Assembly: GCA_964035545.1 (NCBI GenBank)
Contig: CAXIUT010000222.1
Span: 1-22,814 of the forward strand
Direction of reading: 5' to 3'
Source of the DNA: Bugula neritina
Taxonomy: Eukaryota; Animalia; Bryozoa
DNA: 22,814 nt
Part shown: positions 1-12,777 of the stretch, one piece after another
Position numbering within the stretch: the stretch's first letter is position 1
Layout: each line of letters opens with the position of its first letter
Program-made: the position numbers and the translations under genes
Notes under the pieces: model-generated
Seen by the model: the letters and a program-made list of their open reading frames with translations, nothing else
The model's database searches: none
What the model was told of the DNA's origin: nothing

Positions 1-93
1 CCAACCCCAACCCCAACCCCAACCCCAACCCCAACCCCAACCCCAACCCCAACCCCAACCCCAACCCCAACCCCAACCCCAACCCCAACCCCA
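1..93 (-). repeat. Left telomere, (CCCCAA)n
   Basis: Perfect C4A2 repeats at the window start, C-rich strand at the 5' end as expected for a chromosome terminus. Confidence 0.98.
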
Positions 94-253
94 TACTGTT
101 ATTTTAAAATATTTATTCTTTTAATATTCTCTCTCATATAAGTTGAATGATAATTAAGTATAAGAATAATTTAACATTGAGAGTAAATATACTATTTTTA
201 TAAATGATATTTAATATTTATCAATCAACATAAAACTATAGTAAAATCATTGA

Positions 254-1447
254 TCATCTCTAGCGATAAGCCACACATTTCTATTCAAGTAACTCAACTA
301 TCTTAGCATTCGCCTGTCTCAACTTTATCTTCAATTTTTTTATCTAGTTGCTACCTGGACTTTGACCTCTAAATATCTGACTCTTCTAGGGATCTTCCTC
401 TTCTAGCGTATTTATTCTTTCTCTTCCCCTGGATCGAGTTCTAATCGGCGTTTCTTGGAGATATAAAGTACTATTCTTACTTCCTTTCTCTGGTCCCTTT
501 AGAGTCTGCTGCAAATTGAATGAAGTCTGCGTCAAATGTTCAATAAATGACTCCTAAAGCTTCTGATTTCTCCTCTTCAACTAACTGTTCTCCTATTACA
601 ACCGTCTCATCTAACTTTTACCCTTCTCCTCTATCTCTTTCTTACGATATTCCTCTTCCATCTTTATCCGATCTACTTCTCTCACCAATTAGTCATTTTA
701 CTGTCTAACTCTATGAACAGATAACTCCAACTGTTTCTTCCTTTCCTGATCTACTGCCTTCTCTCTAGTTAATGTGGTAATTTCTTCTTTCAATCTCTTC
801 TAATTATCGCTCTACATATGTTTATTTGCCTCTAGGCTAGCTTCTCTTTCTTCATGATTTTTGAGAATAACTTTCAACCTAGAAAGCTATTTCTTCAAGA
901 TAGTATTTTATCCTTGAATTGTCTATGACACCTCAGTACTTTGAGTTTGAATTTATGCTAAACGTCTATTTTATTTTTTTAGAGCCAAAATAACTCCATC
1001 CTATTTCATCATTTTCTGCACTTTAAACCGATACTTATCAATTTAGCTTTTCAAAACCATCATTTCTTGTTGATACTTTTCCTCTAAATATTTAATTTAA
1101 CTCTAAAAATGTTCTTTATCAATCTTTCTCTTCTCCTCTAAAAGTTCCTTCTCCTTAACTATCTTCCCATAACGATCATTATTCAACATCCTCTACGTAA
1201 TTTTCTAACTCGAATTCACATTTCTCTCCTCCATCAAATTTTTAAACATAATCATCCTCTATCCGAATTATCCATCATCAACATCAGAATCAATAAGTTC
1301 TTAGAACTAACTCTTACGATCAAGTTCTTTCTGTCTCCTTTTGATTTAGATGATATTTTAGGTTGAAATGAGTCTTTTGAGTTCGTCGAACATTTAAATC
1401 TTAGATATAACTGTTTGATTAAAAACATCTTTGTACTTCAATATCAT
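254..1447 (-). CDS. Hypothetical coiled-coil protein (~397 aa)
   Basis: TGA-free frame with TAR=Glu from ATG 1447 to TGA 254-256, E/K/R-rich (e.g. LKKELSRLKVILKNHEEREASLE). The start could be ATG 1540 if a 27-nt GT..AG intron is removed. Confidence 0.75.
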
Positions 1448-1561
1448 ATGATAACAATTGATTTGTAAATGAATGGAGTTTTTGTTTTTATTATTAGTCA
1501 AGTAACTGTAGTTTAAGTTGAATGGTCATAACTTTTTCATAATAAATTTACATTTAATTGA

Positions 1562-2833
1562 ATGGCGTCCTACCAGCCCAAACAGTGTCACATCTGTGCC
1601 AGTTTCTACCTGCCACAAGATGAATAAGAACATCAAAACCAACATTCCGATCCCACAAAACTAATCCCCAAAACAAAACCAAACGACCTCAGAAAGATGG
1701 AACTAGCCAAAGCCATCCACGCCTAAGGAACTGACTCCACAGATATAGCTCTTCGCTCTTTACTACCAGAATAGATTCCCCAGGAATAAAACTAAAGACA
1801 AAACGTTCAAATTCCCAACAGCAACTAATAATACAATAATGATCCCAATGATGGTGGAGCATCAGCTCATCACAAAATATCACAGTCTAATTATGGAAGA
1901 ATGAGACAGGGAGATAGATTGGGCGTTAATTCTAATTTAGGTGATGCCAACTTTTCTAAAGATCAACTCAATAAGCTAGAAATTGAAAAACAAGTCGAAC
2001 TCAAAAAAATAAGAACCATGGTTCCTAAAAAATAAATACATAAATATCAAAATTAACCCTATTCCACCAAATCCATCAAAGATCTAGGAGGCTGCTAAAA
2101 GAAAGTTCAAGCCAATCGACCTGAAGATAGAGCATTAGGCAAAAATCCATAAGATGATAAACCTAGAGAACCAGGATACCAAGTTATGCATGATAGAGAT
2201 CATGTTAACAAGGCAGCACAAAAAGAATCTTCCGTTTTTGCACCTTATAGCAGAAAAACTATTGAACCTATCTAAAATAAACGTGTTGATACTTATGTCA
2301 ATGGAGATTCTAAAAAATCAAAACAAAATATAAGAGATAACTAGTCTTCAGAAGATTATTAAAAAAGAAATCCATACAATAATTCAAAAATACACTAACC
2401 CTATCCTTAAAAACCAGTCAATTCGAAAATACATTAACCTTATCCTTAAAAGCCAATGAGTTCTTCATCAGTTATGGCCTTTAGCAATGCCTACCTGCCA
2501 AAAGATTAATCAACTAAACAACCAGCAAAACAACCAAGATAATATGACCAATATCCTCCTCAAAAAGGCAACCAAAAGAACCCAAATGACTACCACGATC
2601 ATGGCCTACATTCCCATGAATGTCCAGATTGCCATGGTTTCTACTGCAGAACTTGTGGAGCAACAATTCCTCCTCAATACCGTCCTTTCTGGGATGAAGA
2701 CTAGAGTCCAGAAATGGTATAATTCTACAAGAAAAGAATCAGACAAGAAAGGTAAAGATAACGCAAACAAAGAGGAGAATGCAAAGTATGTAGATCTAAT
2801 ATCGAAGAAGAAAAGCAAGAACACAGACATTGA
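1562..2833 (+). CDS. Hypothetical protein with Cys/His zinc-binding motifs (423 aa)
   Basis: Intact frame MASYQPKQCHICASFYLPQDEEEHQNQH... (CxxC-x11-H-x3-H). C-terminal HSHECPDCHGFYCRTCG and CKVC motifs. Ends TGA 2831-2833. Confidence 0.8.
2381..2455 (+). repeat. 39-nt-period coding tandem duplication (NSKIHEPYPEKP x2)
   Basis: aattcaaaaatacactaaccctatccttaaaaacca vs aattcgaaaatacattaaccttatccttaaaagcca; the differences are synonymous. Confidence 0.8.
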
Positions 2834-2871
2834 TTCATCACCATATCATCATATTTCATATTACTATCGAA

Positions 2872-3192
2872 TCATTTTAAAATCTATTGCAGGTGCTATT
2901 TCTAGATTGAAGATGGATTTTCATGTGAAAGCTAAAGGGTGTTTGAGTAGTTAAAAACTAACTAGCATTGAGTCGACCTTCTGAGATCCTAGAAGTAACA
3001 AAGACGAATCAGTGATGTATATCTTTAGTTGCCAAGTATCTATGATGATTTATAGTTATTTTCATTCATTTTCTATATGATCTAGAACGAAGGATTGAGT
3101 AAATACAGATGATGTTGAGGAAATCTCTTCAAAAGGTTATCAACGATTTTGAAAGGCACGATAGTATCTGCTACAATTCCTATAGCTTTCAT
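2872..3192 (-). CDS. Small hypothetical protein (106 aa)
   Basis: ATG 3192 to TGA 2872-2874, MKAIGIVADTIVPFKIVDNLLKRFPQHHLYLLNP...; fills the gap between its neighbours. Confidence 0.6.
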
Positions 3193-3220
3193 AATAATGA
3201 TTACAAAAACTAAATAAAAA

Positions 3221-5989
3221 TCATTTGAGTGAAAACCCAATCAAACTACAAAAGTTTTACATATGCTGACACGTCAATCCCCCACATTTCTTTTTATGAT
3301 ACCCAACCAACTTCAATATCACCTTCTTCATCCCCTCATAACTGATCTCCTTGAAATCTAATTAATTTTTTTATATTGCCTCAAAAGGTCTATTGATAAA
3401 CATCAACACATTCTCGTATATTGATCGCTTGAAGCCCTTCAAATTGGATAAAAACAACACCAAACGACCATATATGTTCTTCTACTATTCTGTCAAGGTT
3501 TGTTCTGTAAATTATGGATGGCTATTTTGATATTTAAAACTTTAGCTGATTCCACCGAATATTGATAGATTTTAAGGTTTGAATAATGTGTTTTTGATTG
3601 TTTTGTTCTTTTTTATATGTTGCTAGTTCCCTTCAGTAGCTATCCTCAATTTAAGAAATGAATTTTTATGCTATTTAGATACCTTTTTAGGTAAATGCGT
3701 TGGATATTACGAACACTATGACCTCTCATGATACAATAGTGATCTTGGATACTACTACACCTACAGCCTTATCGATTTCACCAAACCACCCATACCAACC
3801 GTATTTCTTTGTTTATTGTTATTAGTTTTAAACACATTCTATGATGTTCTGTTAAATTGATACTTCAAATTGTTTCTCTAATTACTACTATCTCTCTTCA
3901 ATGACTTTTTTATTCCATCAATATCAACACTATTACTATTTTAATAATTATTATTTGATTTTTTAGTTATAGTTGATTGCCTGGCATTGTTTTTACTTGT
4001 ATTTATATTAATTCTGTTCATATCTCTACCTGATACATATGCCTTTGAAGAAACGTTGTTTCTATTCTCATATTCGTTTTCTTAGTATACGACTTACATT
4101 TCTGTCTATAGTGCTTTTGATTTTTATGGTCTGAAACGCGATGATGGAACTAACTAGTTTAAACCATTCTTTTAAATTTTGTTGCTATTTCTGCTTCTTC
4201 GTTGAGTAGTGATTTTTTTCTAGTCAGAATGTCGAAAACTAGAACGTTTGTTTTCGTTGCTAGTAGATATCTGAGAATTTCGAGATTTCAGCTTTGATCT
4301 ATTTTATTTATTGGAGTTTCTAGAATTTCTTGAGTTTCTTGAATTTCTAGAATTTCTAGAATTTCTTTTATTCATATTTATCTTCTACTCACTACTGCTA
4401 TTATTTCCAATAGAAGACCTAGAACTATTACTTCTTTGTACCTTAAATCGACTACTTCTAGCCCCACTTCCCTAAAAATCAACCGGATCCCACTGACAAC
4501 CAACATCTCTCCCTTTAAATCCCCCCTAATCACCCCCACAATATACATTACACCCACTTTTAGTTCTATTCGACCTGATAGATCTCATCTACCCAACTGA
4601 CCCCATTTCCCCTATAGAACTCATCTGCCTGTATTAACCCATTTATGACTAATCTCTCTGCCATGATTCTGGTGTCTAAATATCTTATTGGATAGCTTTA
4701 TCGAAAATACCATTTATTTATGAATGCTAGTGATTAATATTATTTTGACTAGTGAGAATAGACATCTTCTTTAGAAGTGTATTTTTACGAAGCAATGTAT
4801 TTTTCTTTGAATTTGAACGCTTCAAACCAAAACGGTATGATTTCGATCCATTGTCTGGACCATCCTCGCTATCTCGAGACTATCTAATAGTATCTCTTGC
4901 CTACTTCTACTTCTACTTCACCTCATTATTAACATTATTCTACACAACTTCTTTACTTGGTATATGATTCTATTTATAAGATTACCTCCCTTGATTCTAC
5001 ATGGCTTTGATTGCGTATTTCTAATTAGTAGCAGTTTGGTACAACTAGTTAATAAATCCCTTCTAGACCAATAACCTCATATTCTACTATTTTAACTTCT
5101 ATACCATCCCATCCTGTGAAACAGCCTTCTTCTTATGCAATCTCTTACGACCAGGATTGTGGCATTCACTTACCTACCAATTTATCGATAACTTTTGCAA
5201 TTTATTATTTGCCTAGAGGGTTTATTTCTAGGTCCATTTCTAAATAGTCTATTTCATTTTTGTACGATATCTCTGGCCCATTTTTGATTTCAATTTTAAC
5301 ATTATCTCTTATAATAACCTCCAAGCAGTATCTTCTTAACACTTTTAATCATTTTCTACTTTTTTAGATAACTTTTCATACCCATTAACACTCGATTCCA
5401 TCTCTCTGATTATTCTAACCAAAAAATTAACAGAACTAATATACTATTTATTCTCATTCGGCTATAAACTCACATCCTCTTGATCGATTTTATTCATTTG
5501 AATTTCTTACTAAAATAGTTATCTCCAATTACTCGGTCCCAATATCTAATTCTTAGCCTATTTTATCACCACTTCCTCAACACTGTTCTTACACATCTTA
5601 CAAACACTACTAAAATTAGCAAAATCATCATTATAGCTCTTCTATGATGCCTTTCTCATCACCTCTATAGCATAACTCTAAATCCAACCATCGATCGACT
5701 TGAAAAGATACTTGCTATTTTTAACTATCTTATTGACTTGTCCGAGAAACCCTCCGGAAACTTAGTATATCGGTCGTTATCCAATAGATTTGGTTATAAA
5801 GTCTAACTGATCGTAGCAAGTATAAGAATGCGATAGGATCTTTTTTAATTGATGCTATGATGGACTACTAAGAAACTCATTGCCGTTTTTGTTCAGGAGT
5901 GAGATTAGTTCGTTTAGACGAATTTATAGGGAATTTGGTTGGACTTAAGGAGGAGATTAGTGGCGACGCTATGATAGAAATGAAAGCAT
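3221..5989 (-). CDS. Large low-complexity hypothetical protein (922 aa) with C-terminal His/Cys motif
   Basis: Single TGA-free frame from ATG 5989 to TGA 3221-3223. S/R/N-rich middle; ends ...GYHKKKCGGLTCQHMENFCSLIGFSLK. Confidence 0.8.
4314..4367 (-). repeat. 9-nt coding repeat (Arg-Asn-Ser)x6
   Basis: AGA AAT TCT AGA AAT TCT AGA AAT TCA AGA AAC TCA AGA AAT TCT AGA AAC TCC on the minus strand. Confidence 0.8.
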
Positions 5990-6051
5990 TTGTATTTTTT
6001 GTTATAATAGAATATTATAGAAATATAAGAATAGAATCAAAAGGTTATTCA

Positions 6052-6458
6052 ATCATTCCATCCTTTAAGTCTTTTTAGGCTCTAACTTTTTTATTTTGTG
6101 AAAGAACTCTACAACTTTATTTATTTCTTGATTTAGAAATGTTTAAATTTTTTATCTCAACTGATCTTTTTATTTAATTTAATTTGTCTGTAAAGTAGAT
6201 GATAAAATTATTTGGCTTTGGGTTTGTCTTTGCAGTAGTTTAATTGAAATATATCTTATCCGGCAAACATTTTTTAACCAGTTTAAACTGGACGTATATC
6301 TGATGCAGATAAGTCACCTCTTCTAATTAATACTCTGAATTAATTTTTCATTGCTATTTCTTAACTTTTGTTAGGTTTGACCTTTGACTTATGCCTTCCT
6401 TATGTGTTTAATCTTTTTTCTTCAATTCAAATTATTTTAAATAATAACTGTATATCAT
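6052..6458 (-). CDS. Possible short gene or gene remnant (frame broken)
   Basis: Protein-like minus-strand segments (KEFYHLLYRQIK; KEKDQLREKIETFLNQEINKVVEFFHKIKKLEPKKTERME*) lie in different frames. Start not resolved. Confidence 0.3.
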
Positions 6459-6612
6459 CAATCAACCTAACCATTCTTATTATCAAACATATTAATTCTT
6501 ATCAAAAATAATATCAAATCACATAAATTAAAACAAAATAACTCCGACATAAATACTTAACAAAAATATACCAAAAATTCTATATTTACTTTTATAATAT
6601 CAATAATAACAC

Positions 6613-8939
6613 ATGATATAGCCTAAAGAAAAAAGTGGCAAAAAAATAAAAAACAGAATCCTCCGATCCCCCTCTCTCTCGATTCCCCATAACCAAAAAG
6701 CAGACCATCCCTTTCATCCCGCCAAAGCGAATCATACCTATAAGAACTCTCCAACCTCACCTATGAACGCCACCTAAAAGAAAAACAACCTCCAAATTTC
6801 AATCCCTAACACTTCCAATAATACATCTAAACAAAGCAAGACATAGATCGCCTCTCCACTCTCAAGCAATAGTACCAAAGCAGCATAGATATCCGGGACA
6901 AAAGAATAAAAATACCATTCCAAAGTGAAATATATAAAAATTATCAATAAAAAAGAAATAAATTCAATAACGACCTTTTTCTATAATAAATACGAGATTG
7001 GCTCATAGATGTCATCTAAATCATTACATCTATTGCCTTCAATTACTTCAAATAGAATCAACTCAACTAGAAATAAACCAAAAATTTTACATCCAAAAAT
7101 ATACTCAATAATATACAAATATTGCTATAATCATTCTAATTACTATCCTTGTAAAACAAAGTAGAAATAGTCAAATTCATCAACATAGAATCATTAAAAA
7201 TATTCGATCATATTATGAATAAATATCCACAAAATAGTGGCAATCCTCCCTCGAAAAGAGTCACCTCAAAAATACCAAAAATAGACAACAGATAAAACGA
7301 TTAATTCGATTTCCTCAAAAATAACAACATCAACATCCAATATAAATAACAAGGCGACTATTCATAAGATATCATGAAAGTTATCAATAAATTAGTCAGC
7401 TTTTCTAGCTAAAATTTTCATCATTTAAATTAAAATCAATAATCTAACGCTTAAGTTTTCAGCTAGATCATGGAATATATTTTCTAGAATGCTAGTACTC
7501 AAAATGCACATAATACGTGTGACGCTGTCATGAGAATAGTCAATGATAAAACTGGGCTAAGTGATGACATGAATGCTGTTCGACATCTAGCAGGCATGGC
7601 TTTTCATTTGGGTTAAGATATTGTCTAGAGATAGTAGTTTCCTAGAAGAGAATCGTTTCCTCATAAAGAAGTTGGCAGGAAAACTTATGCAATTGGCCAG
7701 AAGATACCCGCAGGCACAAAGATGTTTACAAATTAGTAAATATAAAGCAGTGATTTCAAAGTCTACGATACCTCCATCTTGAGAATTTTAACGAAATGGG
7801 TCTAATAGTTATATAACAAGCTAGTCAACGCATAGGAAGTAATTTACAGTCGCATGTATAAATTCAAAGACAACAAAGGAAAACTCATCAATGTCAATCT
7901 GGATCTCAGAGACGAAATGTACCAATAGGCAAGATAATAGCTAAAAAACGTCAAATAATATATAAAATATCTAAGAAAATAAAACGTATACCTACAAACT
8001 CTATTCGCTACTGATAGAAATCAAAGCAAATACCAAAAACTAGATTCAAAGATAGACATACTCGCCAGCAAAATAAACTAAACCAGCAGCCAGTACATAT
8101 TCAAACACATAAACAAACTAATCCACTGTTTGCTAACTATCTCAAAGAAAGCAAGTTTCAACCGCATCAACCACACCTAGAAATCAATCCTCTAATCAAT
8201 CAATCTAGTCACTTTGAAAATAGGCGATCTACTACGCTGCAAACACTCATGCACATAGCACTAGTTCATAAAGATAGTATAAATACTAGAAGAGATTCAT
8301 TTGAAAAATCCAAAAATACTAAAAATAGTCCGCATAAAAAACAGGTTCTAAAGAAAAGACAACGATATCTTAATTAATTTATTTTTTATGAATAAAGTAT
8401 AATGCTAACTACAACTATCACTCAGCGGCAACATCAATCAAACATAACAAAAGTATGGACAATTTTGCCATCTAATATACGAAATAACCAGAGCAAGACT
8501 AGGACCCATTTCATAGATCAGTTCGATCATATGCCAACACGACCCCATTGCTAAATTATATTCAAAACAAAAATATAAAATATAGTTGAAGTAAGATTAT
8601 CTAACAAACAAAAAGAAAAATAAATTGTTATATAAAATAAAAGAATAAATAAATCTTAAACGAAAATTGAATATTGGAAATAGCAGTTAACTACCTTTTA
8701 TTTGTCGCAGTTGTCGTAAATTAACAATCCTAAACAATCCATAATTTTTATACAGAAACAGAAATAACATAGAAATAGATTGCAATGAATGCAGACTAAA
8801 AGATCTACAATAAGAAAATGCTAAATAATTTATTAGTATCTTATTGATTCGACTTTTAAACATAAAAATTAGTAAACTAAAATATTCATTAAATAACATA
8901 TCGAATATTGGAATTCATAGATGTTTATTTAATCGTTGA
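6613..8939 (+). CDS. Protein with RelA/SpoT-like nucleotidyltransferase domain and a CxxC..CxxC zinc-binding segment
   Basis: Long TGA-free frame with ordered motifs KIGDLLRCK (8217), IVRIKNRF, NDILINL, VECELQL, CHLIYEITR, then PFICRSC...DCNEC. One frameshift (probably a missing A near 6640-6655) is needed to join ATG 6613; the first in-frame ATG is 7215. Family call is from motif recognition only. Confidence 0.55.
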
Positions 8940-10330
8940 AAATAATAATAATCAATAAAAATATTTATAATTAATACCCAGCTAAGGATTGATATTGAAT
9001 ACTAGTCAAAAAAAAGCAAAATTGAAAATATTTACATCGGCAATTTAAAAAACATAAGGTAAAATGATACTAGCATAAATTGATAAATAAGGCAATAGTA
9101 AAATAATAACTAAATTGACTATAAAACACTAAAAAATAAAACAAATATAAACCCTCAAATAATAATTAAAAAAATATATTATCTTTTCATTTATTGGGAC
9201 ATAAAATTATCATAAGAATGGCATCATGCACCTTCAATGCAAAAGAAATCACTGCTGTAGTAAAAGTATCGCTGTTGGGCATACATTAGAAGCAGAGGAA
9301 ATAATATAATTGTCAGAAAAACATTATTTAACCAGTTGTATTTAGAATCAGAAAAGTGTGCTAAAAATGAATCTCATCAAAGATGCTTTTAGAAAATTAG
9401 AAGAAGTTGTCAATTAGCTAGAAGATAAAGGGTCACTTATGAATAAATATCTCAAATCTGTTGAAATCGTCAAAGCTTATAAGTGTAATATAGATACCGT
9501 TTACATCTTGCATCGATTTCCAAATCTAATAGAATTAAATATCAGCGATAACTTGCATATCACTGATCTTAGAGGTCTCTAGAAATGTAGTTTTCTCAAA
9601 AATCTATAAGCTAGAAATTGCAATCTCCAAAATCTTGATGATTTGAGGTAAAATATGAGATTGAAATATCTAAATGTTAGTAAAAACTATCAACTAAGTT
9701 CGATTAAAGGACTAACTTAACATAATCGCCTCGTTGAACTAATAATAAGTAAATTATGATGTTAATATAGGTAACACGGCAGTCCACGATCTTTCTCCTC
9801 TAAACAGTTGCCCCAATCTATAAGTATTAGATATTTAAAACTGCCAAGAAATATAACATCTACATAGAGTCAATACCACAAAACTGTCTCTTCTCAATAC
9901 ATGTAAATCATATTAATAAATGTAGAAGGATGCCATAAACTGCCTGAAGACCCTTTGAAGTTACTCAAAAGCAGTCTTATCAAAAAAAGCTATCTACCTT
10001 ATCTCAAAAGATCAACTTGTAAAATTTAATATATTAAGCATAGATTTAATAATTAGCTAATTCTGTTATTTGTGGCACTTTATCAGCTATGGCTCGTTCA
10101 TGTATAGTTAATTATATTTAGTTTAATTTGACCCATATACTGCAGCTTTGGATTTTACCTATAAAACCTTTATTTAAGTTGTTCCTGGAACCGGATTATT
10201 ACCTCCATCGAATTTGCCTTTACCTGAACGACCCAGATCAGAACCTGATGCATAAAAAACAGAAGATTTAAAAGCTTTAACATCTTTATTCAAATTTTTT
10301 ACCTCATAAAAGAAAAGCCAAATTTTATGA
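8873..10330 (+). CDS. Leucine-rich-repeat region (separate gene or C-terminus of the upstream NTase-like gene)
   Basis: FPNLIELNISDNLHITDLRGLEKCSFLKNLEARNCNLQNLDDL..RLKYLNVSKNYQLSSIKGL..RLVELIISNTAVHDLSPLNSCPNLEVLDIENCQEI. Introns 9749-9770 (22 nt) and 9903-9925 (23 nt). Probable introns 10019-10038 and 10102-10121 lead to TGA 10328-10330. Both ends uncertain. Confidence 0.75.
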
Positions 10331-10398
10331 TTTTTTAATATTAATAATAACTAAACTTTATAATATTCAATATCAATATTAATGAAAGGAGAATCATG

Positions 10399-11145
10399 TC
10401 ATTAACTATCATTTTTATTCTTCTTATTTACGAAATCGTTCAAAAATATAGCCCATTTTCTCTGATTCAGATACTTTTACTCATGCTTTTTCAAGATAGG
10501 TTGAGATGATGCATCTTCTTCTTCAAAAATAACATTAAAAGCCCATTCAGTTTCATCAAGCTTCTCTCTCTTCCCTTCATTATACTCATTCTAGAACTTG
10601 GTTTGTAGTGTTCCATCAAAGGCCTTGCATTTTTTATAACTTTTACTCGGAAAAAACTTTTTGATATGACCAAAATATGCTTTCTCTCCTTTACTTTTCT
10701 TCCACTTTCTACTCATAATGAAGGTACAATTCTTTCTTTTAGTGAGATAACTAATCTATCCATTAGCTGCTCCAATTCTTTTTAATCTTTGAATTTCGCT
10801 CTTATTTTATTAACACTATTAACTTTATTAGCTTTATTAACTTTATTAGCTTTATACTATCTAAGAATTTGAATCTTCAGATAAATCAATATAATTTTCT
10901 CTTTAAGGGTCTCCTTCTTGTGAAAATAGGTGAGAATTATAAGATGAGAAGATTTCATGACTTAGATACTGTTCAACAAGTACATCTAATTCTGGTGATG
11001 ATGACGAAGACATGTGTCGTAAAATAGGAGCATTTTCATCAATATTATTAGGATATACCTCCTATCTCATGGCCATTACTCTAGGCTATTCATTTTCTTC
11101 ATTTTGCTCCTAGAAAGTGTTTTATCGAGTTTCTCTGTTTGACAT
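10399..11145 (-). CDS. Hypothetical protein, paralog A (248 aa; acidic N-terminus, basic C-terminal domain)
   Basis: Intact frame ATG 11145 to TGA 10399-10401. SEE repeat encoded by TAA codons; C-terminus ILKKHEEKYLNQRKWAIFLNDFVN. Confidence 0.8.
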
Positions 11146-12777
11146 TCTTTAAATTTTGATTATATAAAATAACTAGAGTCAATGCGCTTAAGTGGAGTAA
11201 TGAATACCTCTAGAGCAAGAAAAATGCGAAATTATTCAAGATACCATCGAAATAAACAAGAATTATGTCTAAAAATAGCCAAAATCAAGTAAAAGTTGCT
11301 TAAGATTATTTAAATCCAAAGATTCAAAGATTCAAAACAGAAAAGTTATGAAATTTATAAATAAGACCTGATTTGACATTGTGTGATCGGTAGGTATTAG
11401 AACAATTGATTTTATCCTATTTTCATTGAGTTTTAAGAAATTATCTTGAGAATATTTGTTGACCCAACGGTATGTATTCTCAAATTAAATATTACCAAAC
11501 TATAAGTCCATAAAAGTGCGTGTTTTATAAATCTAGAAACTATTTTTAAATAAAAATATCCAGAATTACCCTTTCCAAAGAAGAAACAAAAAGATAACTT
11601 AAATAAAATCTTTCCAAAAATTCTGAGTTAAATCAGAAAAACTTAGATCAAAAGCTAAGAAAACATCGAGAGATGATATCTATATCACCTATATCCTTTT
11701 AATATCAATATTAAGGGACTTTGAAATTTTATTTGAATATTTTATTAGGTTCAAAGAAAGAAACCAATAAATAAACAAGTCAAACGTTATATGATGTTAT
11801 GAAATCGTTTAATTTTGCTTAAATTTGGTCAGTAAAATGTTTTTTAAAGTCAAAATCTTCTTTAAATCGAAAGTATACCATAAAATTATCTTACATTATT
11901 GACTCTAAATACAACAATGATCTTCAATTAATCCATTCATGGACAGTAGTCTTAGAAAAGATAAAATTAAAACTTTTAAAGCAAAATTTGATTATATTAT
12001 TAAAAATAATTGATATTTTTTATCATAATCTTCAGCAAAACATTTCAAAAAATAAAAAAGAAATACGAGATGATAAAATAGTTGAATTTTGATCTGTTAA
12101 CTCTAAAAAGAATGATTATTATATTGATTTATTCTTAAATAATTATTAATATAGGAATTATTGGTCCTATAATTAACTTTATTAGCTAGGGAGCTCTCAA
12201 TAGTAATTCAAATATCTATTCGCTTAAATATTCTCATAACGTTTTATCCTTCTAAAAATATTCCAACATAGTTGATGATCATTTTTATCAAGGTCAAGTC
12301 TAGAAAGATAAGGAAAATACTTTAGATTATACCTTCGATGATTCAATCCAAGGACATTTCTGATGATTTTCTTTCTAAAAATAAAAGCTTCTTCGATCAA
12401 CTTAAAGTCTTTATTAAAAATATGAAACAAGGATGTTAGAAAAAACTTTTTTGAAATCAAAAAGATGCCTTTGTCAAGATTAGATATTGGAGAACCTGCA
12501 AGACTTAAAATATAAATGAAAAGGAGAGTTCGGTAAGAATCAATTTAGCCTGTCCTTCAAGAAGTTTTATTCATGAAAAATTATCATCTATACAAGATTA
12601 ACAAATCAAGAATATCGAAGATAAAAGTCTTTGATAAAGAAAAAAATTAGAGTAAGTCAATGTCCTTTCCTTTTTTTAAAAAAAAGTTAAAATGATAAGT
12701 AAACTATTATTTATATTATTATCTTATATATTGTAAAAGTTAGAAAAAAAATATCATAAAATATCACAAATGCCATC

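Noticed and set aside
2487-2954. 155-aa ORF in the supplied track
   Set aside because: Alternative frame of the 1562-2833 gene, reported only because the track treats TAA/TAG as stops.
12196-12560. Minus-strand open frame (track ORF 12224-12460)
   Set aside because: No ATG in frame after the upstream TGA and no recognisable motifs; such frames are common when only one stop codon exists.
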